DNA of 64,000 nucleotides from Fimbriimonadales bacterium (lineage in GTDB: Bacteria; Armatimonadota; Fimbriimonadia; Fimbriimonadales; JABRVX01). The position numbers and the translations under genes are program-made. The stretch covers positions 1 through 64,000 of the forward strand of contig BTVI01000008.1 of NCBI GenBank assembly GCA_045862955.1, in the 5' to 3' direction. Under the pieces are notes generated by a model. That model saw nothing but the letters and a program-made list of their open reading frames with translations. It was not told where the DNA came from and made no database searches. This document shows, in pieces, positions 27,827 to 36,619 of this stretch (the first letter of the stretch is position 1; every line of letters starts with the position of its first letter).

Positions 27827-29047
27827 ATGCGCATTCTGGTGCTCGCCAACGCCGACCTGTACCGCCCGCGTGGCGGCTCGCAGCTCTACTGCTATAACCG
27901 CTGGCGTCGCATAGCACGCAATCACCGTCTGACCGTTCTCCTGACCGACACCGTTCCGCACGAGCCGGACCCGGCGTTCGACCCTCCCGAGAGCTGGTGC
28001 GAGAAGGTGTATACCGTGCCCGATAGACCCGCATCGTTCGGGCTGCGACTGGAACGCAAGCTGAGGCGCTGCATGCCTTGGCGGTCCAGCCAGATGGGTC
28101 AGTGGCACAACCGCGAAGCCAAATTCCTCGCCCATCGCTTGCTGCGCGAGGAGCGGTTCGACCTGCTGCACGTCGAGGGTTTTTCCATGTGGTGGCTGCT
28201 TCCGCGCCGGCTCGACCTGCCCGTGAGCTACACCGCCACGGACATCGTTTCCCGCTTCGCCGAGAACAATCCCCAGCCAGGCGACCCGTGGCTGAAGAAT
28301 TTTTTCGCCGCTCGTCGCCACGCTCAACTCAGGCGGATGGAGCCGCCGACTTGGCAGCGTGCAAACCTGATCACGACCATCACGACAGTGGAACGCGACT
28401 GGATCGCGAAGGAAGCACCCGGCGTTCCCGTCGTGGTCATCCCCAACGGGATCGACAAGGAGTACTTCGCGCCGTCGGACGAGGCCCCGGCCCGGCCTCC
28501 CGAACTTTGCTTCACCGGCATCATGTTGTACCGGCCGAACATAGACGCGATGCTCTACTTCTGCCACGAGGTCTTGCCCCTCATCCGCGCCGAGGTCCCC
28601 GAGGTGCGCCTGAACATCGTCGGGCGCGAGCCCGCGCCCGAAGTCCAGCGGCTGGCCGATATTCCAGGCGTCACTGTCACCGGCTCGGTGCCGGACGTGA
28701 GGCCGTATCTTCGGCGTGCGAGCGTAGTCGTGGCTCCGGTGCGACTGGGAGCAGGGATGCGAGGCAAACACCTGGAGGCGATGGCGATGCGAAAGCCGGT
28801 GGTGGCCACGACCTTCTGCGTGGAAGGCACCGCCTGTACCCATGGCAAGGACATCTTATTAGGCGACGACCCGAAGAGCTTCGCCGAACATACGTTGCGA
28901 CTGCTGCGAGACCGCTCCTACGCCGATGCGATCGCCCAGGCGGGCATGGAACTGGTGCATCGCGAGTACGACTGGGACATCAACGCCGCGCGCATGGAAG
29001 AGCACCTGGTGCAGTGCGTCGCCGACTACCGAGCGAGGCAGAAGTGA
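27827..29047 (+). CDS. Glycosyltransferase family 4 (GT-B)
   Basis: IPNGID, FTGIMLYRPNIDA, VTGSVPDVRPYL, GMRGKHLEAMAMRKPVVAT. Confidence 0.92.
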   Translation: MRILVLANADLYRPRGGSQLYCYNRWRRIARNHRLTVLLTDTVPHEPDPAFDPPESWCEKVYTVPDRPASFGLRLERKLRRCMPWRSSQMGQWHNREAKFLAHRLLREERFDLLHVEGFSMWWLLPRRLDLPVSYTATDIVSRFAENNPQPGDPWLKNFFAARRHAQLRRMEPPTWQRANLITTITTVERDWIAKEAPGVPVVVIPNGIDKEYFAPSDEAPARPPELCFTGIMLYRPNIDAMLYFCHEVLPLIRAEVPEVRLNIVGREPAPEVQRLADIPGVTVTGSVPDVRPYLRRASVVVAPVRLGAGMRGKHLEAMAMRKPVVATTFCVEGTACTHGKDILLGDDPKSFAEHTLRLLRDRSYADAIAQAGMELVHREYDWDINAARMEEHLVQCVADYRARQK

Positions 29048-30177
29048 AGATCGTCGAAGTCTTCGACGCTCCCTCGGTCAACCCGTACTTCTCGTACATC
29101 CACCGCCCGATGGCACTAAGGAGGGCGTTGCGGGAGGCGGGCGTTGAGTTCGAGGACATCTGGCTGTGGGACTACCCACACAAACGGCCGGCGATCCGCA
29201 GGTTGCGCAACGCCCCGCTGATTCGCGAACGACTGAAGGGAGCCGACTTGATCATCGGCAACCAGTCGGTGGGGGCTGCCACAGCGGGCTTGGCGGCGAG
29301 AGGGCTTGGCATTCCTGTGGTCTTCGACGTGCACACGTTGTGGGCGCCCGAGGCAAAGGCCGTGTGGAAAGTGGCGCCATCGCGCCGCAATTTCGTGGAC
29401 TACCTAATGGCGGCATGGGTCGAACCGATTGCCCGCCGCCATGCGGACCACTTCCTCGTGGTCTCCAACGTAGCGAGGCGGCACTACGAGAGCAAAGGCG
29501 TGCCACCCGAGAGGATCACGCTCGTGCGCAACGGGATCGAACCCGAGTTGTTCCCCTTTACCCCGCTGCCGCCCGAGGGCAAGCGGCGGATCGTCTACGG
29601 CGGAGCAATGCAGGACTACCAGGGGATTCCGTTCCTAACGGGTGCGTTCGCCGAGTTGGTCCGCCGCAAACCCGAGCTTCCTCTGGAGCTGTACCTGGTC
29701 GGGTTCGGGCGCGATCAGGCCAAGCGGCGAGAATGGTGTGAAAATGTGGGTGGGGGTCGGATCCTGACTCACGGCTACGCCCCCAGAGAGCAGTTCATCG
29801 CCGAGTTGCAGACGGCCCACTGGGGCACGCTCGCCTTCCCGCCCGTGGTCACCCGCCTGCGGCGCGATGCGTTCCCCTACAAGTACGCCGAGTACATCGC
29901 GCTCGGAAGACCGGTGGTGATGACCGACAGCAACGAGACGGCAGATTTTTGCCGAGAGTACGAGACCGGGATCGTGGTGCCCGCGACACACGAAGACCTG
30001 ATGCAAGGCTATGAGAGAGCCGCTTCGACCCCGAGGGCCGAGATGGAAGCGATGGCGGAGCGCGGTCGCCGACTGGTCGAGTCCCAGATGACCTGGGCTC
30101 ACATGCAAGCGGCGATGTACGAGGGTTTTAAGAAGGTGGGAGTGGACGTAACATCGTTCGTAGAGCGCCAGGTATAG
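29044..30177 (+). CDS. Glycosyltransferase family 4
   Basis: GTGA overlap with previous stop; VRNGIE, YGGAMQDYQG, PYKYAEYIALGRPVV. Confidence 0.88.
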   Translation: MKIVEVFDAPSVNPYFSYIHRPMALRRALREAGVEFEDIWLWDYPHKRPAIRRLRNAPLIRERLKGADLIIGNQSVGAATAGLAARGLGIPVVFDVHTLWAPEAKAVWKVAPSRRNFVDYLMAAWVEPIARRHADHFLVVSNVARRHYESKGVPPERITLVRNGIEPELFPFTPLPPEGKRRIVYGGAMQDYQGIPFLTGAFAELVRRKPELPLELYLVGFGRDQAKRREWCENVGGGRILTHGYAPREQFIAELQTAHWGTLAFPPVVTRLRRDAFPYKYAEYIALGRPVVMTDSNETADFCREYETGIVVPATHEDLMQGYERAASTPRAEMEAMAERGRRLVESQMTWAHMQAAMYEGFKKVGVDVTSFVERQV

Positions 30178-30180
30178 GGC

Positions 30181-31290
30181 TCAGGAGCGTAGGCAGTACT
30201 CGACCGCCTTCAGATACTCGGCCCGAAGCACGGGCCAGGCGAACTTCTGCTCGGCCAGCGCCCGGGCGCGCAGCCCCATCTCCTGAAGCTCGCTTGTCGG
30301 CAACTTCGCGACTGCCTCGAGCGTCGCCTTCAGCCCGCCCGGTCGCCAGTCGGACACCAGTCCAGAGCGGTGCTGTCGGACTAGGTCGGCCGTTTCGTCA
30401 ACGTCGTTCACTAGGACTGGGCGTCCCAGAGCGCTGTACTCCCCGAACTTCGTCGGCATCGCCACTCGCACGGCCGGGTGAGGCAGCCGCGGGATCACCA
30501 GCGCATGGCACTCTCGCAACAACTCGATCATGCGCTCGCGAGGCATCGCATCCCATAGCTCGGCGCGATCACCCAGCTTATGCTGAAACTCCTGCTTCAA
30601 CGGCGCATCGCCTGCGCCGAACCCGATGACCCGCAGACGAAGCGGCGAGTCGCGCAGGGAGGAGAACTCCTTCAGCAGGTGAGGCAATCCTTGCCAGCAG
30701 TGCGTTCCTCCCGCATATCCGACCCACCGCTCGCCCTCCGGCCCGTCGGCCGGAACCTCCGAAGGCGAGAACAGGTCCAGGTCTACCCCGTTTCGGACCA
30801 GGAACAGCCGCTCTTCTGGCAACCCGAGGCGGAGATACAGGTCCTTCGACGGCTGCGACACCACGAGGAGCGCTTTGGCCCCACGGCGCGCCACTCGGTC
30901 GAGATAGGGCATGGTCAGCATCGCCGAGGCGGAGTAGGTGCTCCGTTTGGTACTCCACTCCAAGCGCGCCTCGGCTGCTGCGTCGCCGTGTACGTCGTAG
31001 AGCACCGGCGTCCGTTGTGCAGTTCCCCGAAGGGCCGCCGCACCGGCGATACAGTTGGCGGCGTGGATGACGTCGGCTGCCTGTAGCTCGGCCTGAAAAC
31101 GGGACCCGAGTAGAGCCCGGCAGACGGCAGGCTTCATCGTGCCCCGGTCCAACAGATGGAGCATCGAGACCTCGTGTCCCTGAGCCCGCACTGCCTCGGT
31201 GAGCATCCGCACGCGAAGCAGGTACGCGTTGTCCGCGTCGGACGAATAGCCATCCACAAGAGCGACGAGCCTCAAATCTCGCCTATCCAA
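30181..31290 (-). CDS. Glycosyltransferase family 4
   Basis: YDVHG, VRNGVD, YAGGTHCWQG, PTKFGEYSALGRPVL; paralogous to 29044-30177. Confidence 0.88.
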   Translation of the reverse strand: MDRRDLRLVALVDGYSSDADNAYLLRVRMLTEAVRAQGHEVSMLHLLDRGTMKPAVCRALLGSRFQAELQAADVIHAANCIAGAAALRGTAQRTPVLYDVHGDAAAEARLEWSTKRSTYSASAMLTMPYLDRVARRGAKALLVVSQPSKDLYLRLGLPEERLFLVRNGVDLDLFSPSEVPADGPEGERWVGYAGGTHCWQGLPHLLKEFSSLRDSPLRLRVIGFGAGDAPLKQEFQHKLGDRAELWDAMPRERMIELLRECHALVIPRLPHPAVRVAMPTKFGEYSALGRPVLVNDVDETADLVRQHRSGLVSDWRPGGLKATLEAVAKLPTSELQEMGLRARALAEQKFAWPVLRAEYLKAVEYCLRS

Positions 31291-31394
31291 TTGCCTGAAC
31301 GCTGTGCCATTACTGCTATTGTGGGCCAGTCAGCGGTCTGGGAGAAGCGTGCGGCCCCGGACTGGGTCGCGACGCAGCGGGTATCCTGCGCCGC

Positions 31395-32249
31395 GTGAAT
31401 GAGCAGATGTCCCCGGAAGAGCTACGCCGCTGGTACGAGCTGGAGAAGCGACTAGCCAAACGCGTAAGGGACTCGACGAAAGAGACCCGAGCGCAAGTGG
31501 TCAAGGAGACCTACGCGGAGCTCTTTCGCGAAGTGCCCAACCACCCGCAGGTGACCCTCGGCGGCACCGAGCAGGCGATGCACCGCATTCAGATCGGCTT
31601 CTACCGCCAGGTTCTCGGAAGAGGCCTTCGAGTGCTCGAGGTAGGTTGCGGCATCGGCGTACTTGCGAAGGCGCTCGCCCCCCAGTGCGAGCACTACGTG
31701 GCTCTCGACGCTACCGAAGACGTCTTGAAGCTCGCAGGATCGGGGCATTCGAACCTCGAGTTCGTGCTCGGCGACGCCGTCGAGCCCGACTTCCCGCCCG
31801 AATCATTCGATGCCGTGATCAGCGGGCAGGTGATCGAACACCTTCACCCCGACGATATCCCCGACCACCTGGACGCCGTGTGGCGACTGCTCAGGCCGGG
31901 AGGCCGCTACCTATTCGACACGCCCTGCGGCCTAACCGGTCCACACGATGTCTCCCGGCACTTCGATGAGGTCGCCACGGGGTTCCACCTGAAGGAATGG
32001 CGGTACCGGGAGATGGTCCCGCTGCTGCTGGAGCACGGCTTCACCCGTGTGCGCTCCCCGATGTTGGTCCCCAGGTTGATGAGCCGAGCGGGGCCCCTCC
32101 TGTCCCTGCTCCTCTGGCCTGCACCGGTGAAGATCTGGTGTGAAGCGGCACTCGAGCGAGTAGGCAATCGCAAAGCCCGGCGGATTCTGGCGAAGGCTAT
32201 CGGTGTGGACAACCTCTGGATCGTTGCGACCAAGGCCGAGCGGCGCTGA
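31395..32249 (+). CDS. Class I SAM-dependent methyltransferase
   Basis: VLEVGCGIG, FDAVISGQVIEHLHPDD, LRPGGR. Confidence 0.9.
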   Translation: MNEQMSPEELRRWYELEKRLAKRVRDSTKETRAQVVKETYAELFREVPNHPQVTLGGTEQAMHRIQIGFYRQVLGRGLRVLEVGCGIGVLAKALAPQCEHYVALDATEDVLKLAGSGHSNLEFVLGDAVEPDFPPESFDAVISGQVIEHLHPDDIPDHLDAVWRLLRPGGRYLFDTPCGLTGPHDVSRHFDEVATGFHLKEWRYREMVPLLLEHGFTRVRSPMLVPRLMSRAGPLLSLLLWPAPVKIWCEAALERVGNRKARRILAKAIGVDNLWIVATKAERR

Positions 32250-32276
32250 TCCGGCTCGACTGCCCCGGGGTCGTGA

Positions 32277-32792
32277 CTAGCGGCCCGCCAAGGCTCGGTG
32301 CTGTCTGAGTGTGCGACGAGCAGCACTGAGATCGTTCGTAAGTCGGGACTTCGTCATCCCTCGCCCCTGGCAGATATCTCGATAACTGTAGCCCTGAAAG
32401 TAGTGACTGCACACGAGCAGCCGCAGGGGCTCGGGCAAGTGGCTGAGGGCTTCGCAAAGGGCCATCCTAAGCAGAGCCTCGTCTTCCAGACCCTCCATGA
32501 GAGGCACTTCCTCTTCCTTCGGGAGGGCAACGCAGGGAGCGGCCTGCGATCTCCAGTGAGCGTAGGCTCGCCGCGCGATCCGGCACAACCAAGTGCTCAG
32601 CATCGCGTCACCCCGGAAGCTCGCCACGCCCCGTAGAGCAATTAGTAGCGTGTCCTGCGCCAGATCCTCGGCATCTTCGACAGATGCGCCGAGGCCACGG
32701 AGGTAGCGCACAACATAGGGCCGGCATGCAGCCACCGCCACCCCAAGGGGGGCCGTGTTAGGGGCCTGCCGTGCTGCACTCGCCTCGGACAT
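32277..32792 (-). CDS. ECF RNA polymerase sigma-70 factor
   Basis: DAEDLAQDT, FRGDAMLSTWLCRIA (region 2); ALSHLP...GYSYRDI (region 4). Confidence 0.82.
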   Translation of the reverse strand: MSEASAARQAPNTAPLGVAVAACRPYVVRYLRGLGASVEDAEDLAQDTLLIALRGVASFRGDAMLSTWLCRIARRAYAHWRSQAAPCVALPKEEEVPLMEGLEDEALLRMALCEALSHLPEPLRLLVCSHYFQGYSYRDICQGRGMTKSRLTNDLSAARRTLRQHRALAGR

Positions 32793-32958
32793 CGCGGTCT
32801 ACTCCCTTTCACCGGGACCGCACTTGAAAAACGGCTGCGAATCACCGTCCGCTCTTAAAACAACCGGGCTTCGGGCGGCTCTAATATAGTGTACCAAAGT
32901 ATTCTCCTGTTTGCCACCTCCTGGACGGAATCTGAGTGCTCAGCATACGGGAGGACTT

Positions 32959-33591
32959 ATGACAGTCCGAATGAAAGGACAGATGATCGCGCTGGCCGCG
33001 ATCATGCTGTTGCCCTTGACAGCACAAGCTTATCGAGACAAGGTCTTGGACTCGCGAGAGAACCTCGACCCGAGATTCCCGATCACGCAGCCCGTCTCTA
33101 CCTGGTGGCACGAACTGTGGCCCAACTACAGCAACGTCTACCACCTGAGTAGCTGGTACGACAACGGGGACGGGTACCTCAGCGAGAGCGATATCATAGA
33201 TATCACCGACGCGACCGGCGTCGTTAGCTGGTGGCATGTCGACTTGGTCACCATAACCATCTGGCTCACGCCGAAGCAGGGTGGGCCCGGCGGTATCGGC
33301 GACTTCATGGGTGACGGCAACCTGCACGACATCATGTACAACCCGGTCAGTTCCTGGTGGGAGTGGATTCCCCCGGGTAGCGGCGGATTCCACCTGTCGT
33401 CCTGGTTCGACAATGGAGACGGTTACCTCTCCGAGAGCGACCAGATTGACATCTTTGAGAACGGGCAAGTGTCGTACTGGCACGTTGATCGAGTGACCAC
33501 GAACATCTGGATTTCCCCCGAGCCTAGTAGCTTTGCTGCAGTCGGAGCGGGACTTCTCGGCCTAGTGGCACTTCGCCGACGGCGGAAGTAA
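32959..33591 (+). CDS. PEP-CTERM-sorted surface protein with two Trp-rich DNGDG repeats
   Basis: GGGAGGA RBS; signal peptide; C-terminal SPEPSSFAAVGAGLLGLVALRRRRK. Confidence 0.9.
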   Translation: MTVRMKGQMIALAAIMLLPLTAQAYRDKVLDSRENLDPRFPITQPVSTWWHELWPNYSNVYHLSSWYDNGDGYLSESDIIDITDATGVVSWWHVDLVTITIWLTPKQGGPGGIGDFMGDGNLHDIMYNPVSSWWEWIPPGSGGFHLSSWFDNGDGYLSESDQIDIFENGQVSYWHVDRVTTNIWISPEPSSFAAVGAGLLGLVALRRRRK

Positions 33592-33727
33592 CAGCGGAGC
33601 AGTCGGCGCGGGGCGCGGTCGCTGCTATGATCAGGCGCGGACGCCGACTGTGAAGTAATACATGGCCGATTGGGACGACCTCGTGTCGTCCCAATCGGGT
33701 TCGTGTTTGTGTGAGAGGCGGAGAGCA

Positions 33728-35761
33728 GTGAGACTGGTAGGAACTATTCTATGCCTAGCAGCGGCCGCGTGCGTCTTTGCAGACGGGTCCCTGTGGATCA
33801 GCTGTGAGCACGCGGCCCCATACTCCATCTATCGCTACAACCTCCGCACCCGTACCATAGACCGCATCGTCACGCTCGATCTGCTCGAGACACGGGTCTA
33901 TAACAACCTGACCTACGATGGCACGCACCTATATGCCGGAACGAACTCAACGGACCTCTTTGCCAAGCTGAACCCTTACACTGGCAGGGTGCGGCAAGTG
34001 TCCACCTATAACCCACCGCAACCATACCTGGCCTACGAGGACGGCGCGTACGACCCAGCGACCGACACGCTATGGCGCGCCGGCATGGACCTGGTGGAGA
34101 CGGACCGACAAGGCAACGTGCTCCGCATCTACCCCTACACCGGACAGCTGTATGGACTCGCGTGGGTCAACGGCACCCTCTGGGCAACGGACTTCACCCG
34201 ACTGGGGTATCTCACGCTGGACACGGGCAGCGCAGTCTTCCACCCCGTCACCGTTGCCGGACTGCCGGGCATCAAGGTAGCGCTGGCCTACGACCCCACC
34301 GAGCGGCTGCTGTATATGACCTCGCTGGACTGGCCGACGCAGATGATGACGCTGCATGCCATCAGTCTGGACACCATGACCTCGTGGCAAGCCGCTAACC
34401 TCAGCTACCTCGGTTACCCCGTGGGCTGGAACAACGCCGATGCGATGGACTGGGTGCCACCGGAACCTCACGATTGGGCTGCCCGCTACGACGGGCCCCT
34501 CAGCGACTGGGATCGCCCCTCGGACCTCGCCGTAGACTCCAAGGGCTACTCCTACGTAACGGGCTATGTCACCGTTGGCTCCGGCAACTGGGACATGGTG
34601 ACAGTGAAGTACGGACAGGCCGGTGACCTGGTGTGGCAAGCCACCTTCTCTGGCGCAGGCTCCGATGCCGGCTCCGCAGTGGCTCTCATGCCCGACGGAG
34701 GGGTGGCGGCAGTCGGTCGCTCGGTTGGCGACGGGACCGACTGGGACGTAGTAACGATCCGCTACTCCCCGACTGGGCAAGAGCTATGGGCACGCCGATA
34801 CGACGGCCCCGTGAGCGGTGTGGACTTCGGCACGGCCGTCACCACGGACCCCAACGGAAACATATACGTCGCCGGCCACTCGATGGATAGCGACAGCGGC
34901 CCCGACTATGTTGTTCTCAAATACGACTCCTTCGGCAACCTACTGTGGGAGAGGCGCTACACGAACGGCGCGCGTGATGTTCCCGTCGCCATCGGCCTGG
35001 ACCCTAGCCGCAACGTGCTCGTCGCGGGGTGGAGCGGCAGCGCCAACGGTCTCGACTACCTGGTCGCGAAGTACTCCAACGACGGTGATCCGCTGTGGCA
35101 GGCACGCTACGACGGACCCGGGCACTGGGACGACGTCCTGCGAGCGATGGTGATCGACGCAGCGGGCAACGTGTACATCACGGGACGAAGCTGGGGCGAC
35201 GGCGTCAGCTGGGACTTCGGCACCGTCAAGTACTCTCCCGACGGCCAGGAACTTTGGGTGCGGCGGGTGAACGCGAACGGCGCCAACCCCGACGAGGCCA
35301 ACGACCTCGCCCTCGCGCCGGACGGCGTGGTTGTGACAGGCTGGAGCACGACCACCAACCCCGACATCTGGACCGTCAGCTACAGCGCCGCGGGCGATCC
35401 GCTCTGGCAGCGAAGCTGGAAAGGGCCGGTGGACGGATACGACCGCGGCGAAGCAGTCGCGGTAGACGGAGACGGGAATGTGTACGTGACGGGGAGGTGT
35501 CAGAGCGTGCTGGGCGCGCAAGACTGGGATGCGGTGACGCTCAAGTACAGCCGGACGGGCACTCTAATGTGGGCGCGCCTATACAACGGTCCCGGTGACG
35601 CCGACGACGGTGCCGAGAAGATCGCGCTCGGGCCCAAGGGCAACATCTTCGTGTGTGGCTCGAGTCAGGGCGATGGCACCAGCTTCGACTGGCTGCTATT
35701 GCGCTATTCGGACAAGCCCTACGTGGGTGTGGGCAAGTTCCCACCGCCTGCCGCGGACTGA
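33728..35761 (+). CDS. Secreted double beta-propeller protein (SBBP-like repeats)
   Basis: Signal peptide; repeats of AVDxxGNVYVTG...TVKY..G..LW.RRY.GP. Confidence 0.88.
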   Translation: MRLVGTILCLAAAACVFADGSLWISCEHAAPYSIYRYNLRTRTIDRIVTLDLLETRVYNNLTYDGTHLYAGTNSTDLFAKLNPYTGRVRQVSTYNPPQPYLAYEDGAYDPATDTLWRAGMDLVETDRQGNVLRIYPYTGQLYGLAWVNGTLWATDFTRLGYLTLDTGSAVFHPVTVAGLPGIKVALAYDPTERLLYMTSLDWPTQMMTLHAISLDTMTSWQAANLSYLGYPVGWNNADAMDWVPPEPHDWAARYDGPLSDWDRPSDLAVDSKGYSYVTGYVTVGSGNWDMVTVKYGQAGDLVWQATFSGAGSDAGSAVALMPDGGVAAVGRSVGDGTDWDVVTIRYSPTGQELWARRYDGPVSGVDFGTAVTTDPNGNIYVAGHSMDSDSGPDYVVLKYDSFGNLLWERRYTNGARDVPVAIGLDPSRNVLVAGWSGSANGLDYLVAKYSNDGDPLWQARYDGPGHWDDVLRAMVIDAAGNVYITGRSWGDGVSWDFGTVKYSPDGQELWVRRVNANGANPDEANDLALAPDGVVVTGWSTTTNPDIWTVSYSAAGDPLWQRSWKGPVDGYDRGEAVAVDGDGNVYVTGRCQSVLGAQDWDAVTLKYSRTGTLMWARLYNGPGDADDGAEKIALGPKGNIFVCGSSQGDGTSFDWLLLRYSDKPYVGVGKFPPPAAD

Positions 35762-36555
35762 TCCGACGCCCCAAGCACCGTGGGGAACAGAGCGTCGTCG
35801 AACTCTGCCCCATCCTCTAGCTGGATATGCTTCTTGAGGTAGTGCTCGCCAGCCGCCCGGTAGCGGCACGCCCCCGACATGTAGTGCCCGATGACCGCTC
35901 GCCTCGGACGGTTCGTGCGGTTGATGGAAGTCCCGTGAAAGGTGAGCGCGTGATGGAACGTACAGTGGCCGGCCTTGGTCGGCAGCGGAACGATCTCCAG
36001 CTTCTCTCCAACCGGAGCGTTCGCCTCGCGCAGCAGCGTCTCGAAGTCGCTACCGAAGTCCACGGTCGGGAAGAGCCCCCACGTGTGACTGCGCGGGACG
36101 AAGAGCATGCAACCGTTTTCCTCGGTAGCATCGTCCAGGGGCATCCAGCAGGTGATCATCTCTGGCCGATCCACGATTTGCCAGTACATGTAGTCCTGGT
36201 GCCACGGGACCACGTTGCCACCGCCGGGCGGCTTGATGAGGATCTGGTCGTGGAATAGCCGCAGCTGGCTCACGTCGAGAAGCTGGGCACATGCTTCGGC
36301 CACTCGGCTGCCGAGAATGTGATCCCGTATCACTCTGTCAGCCTGCCAGGCATTCAACGTCTGCGTCACTGCCTTGGCCTCTTGCCCCTCCTTGGTGGGC
36401 AGGCCGACGGTGTACTCTGCCTGTCGCTCCGACTCTCCCTTCAGCACCCGGGTGACGGCGTCTCGCATCGCCTCTAGCTGCGAGTCGTCCAACAGTCTTG
36501 GCCCCTGCACGAAGCCGTTCTCACGAAAGAAAGCAATCTGCTCAGCACTCAGCAC
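35719..36555 (-). CDS. Phytanoyl-CoA dioxygenase (PhyH) family Fe/2OG oxygenase
   Basis: LSAEQIAFFRENGF, WHQD, DDATEENGC, FHHALTFHG...R. Confidence 0.9.
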   Translation of the reverse strand: MLSAEQIAFFRENGFVQGPRLLDDSQLEAMRDAVTRVLKGESERQAEYTVGLPTKEGQEAKAVTQTLNAWQADRVIRDHILGSRVAEACAQLLDVSQLRLFHDQILIKPPGGGNVVPWHQDYMYWQIVDRPEMITCWMPLDDATEENGCMLFVPRSHTWGLFPTVDFGSDFETLLREANAPVGEKLEIVPLPTKAGHCTFHHALTFHGTSINRTNRPRRAVIGHYMSGACRYRAAGEHYLKKHIQLEDGAEFDDALFPTVLGASDQSAAGGGNLPTPT

Positions 36556-36619
36556 TCGAGTCCCCCCTCTGAGCGAATGAGGCCTAAGATACCCTCTTAG
36601 TCGAGGCCCATGCGACCGT

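Noticed and set aside
28078..29043. 699-aa ORF read as one long protein or a frameshift fusion
   Set aside because: The first ~320 aa are an alternative frame of the upstream GT; the real gene starts at GTG 29044 overlapping the stop.
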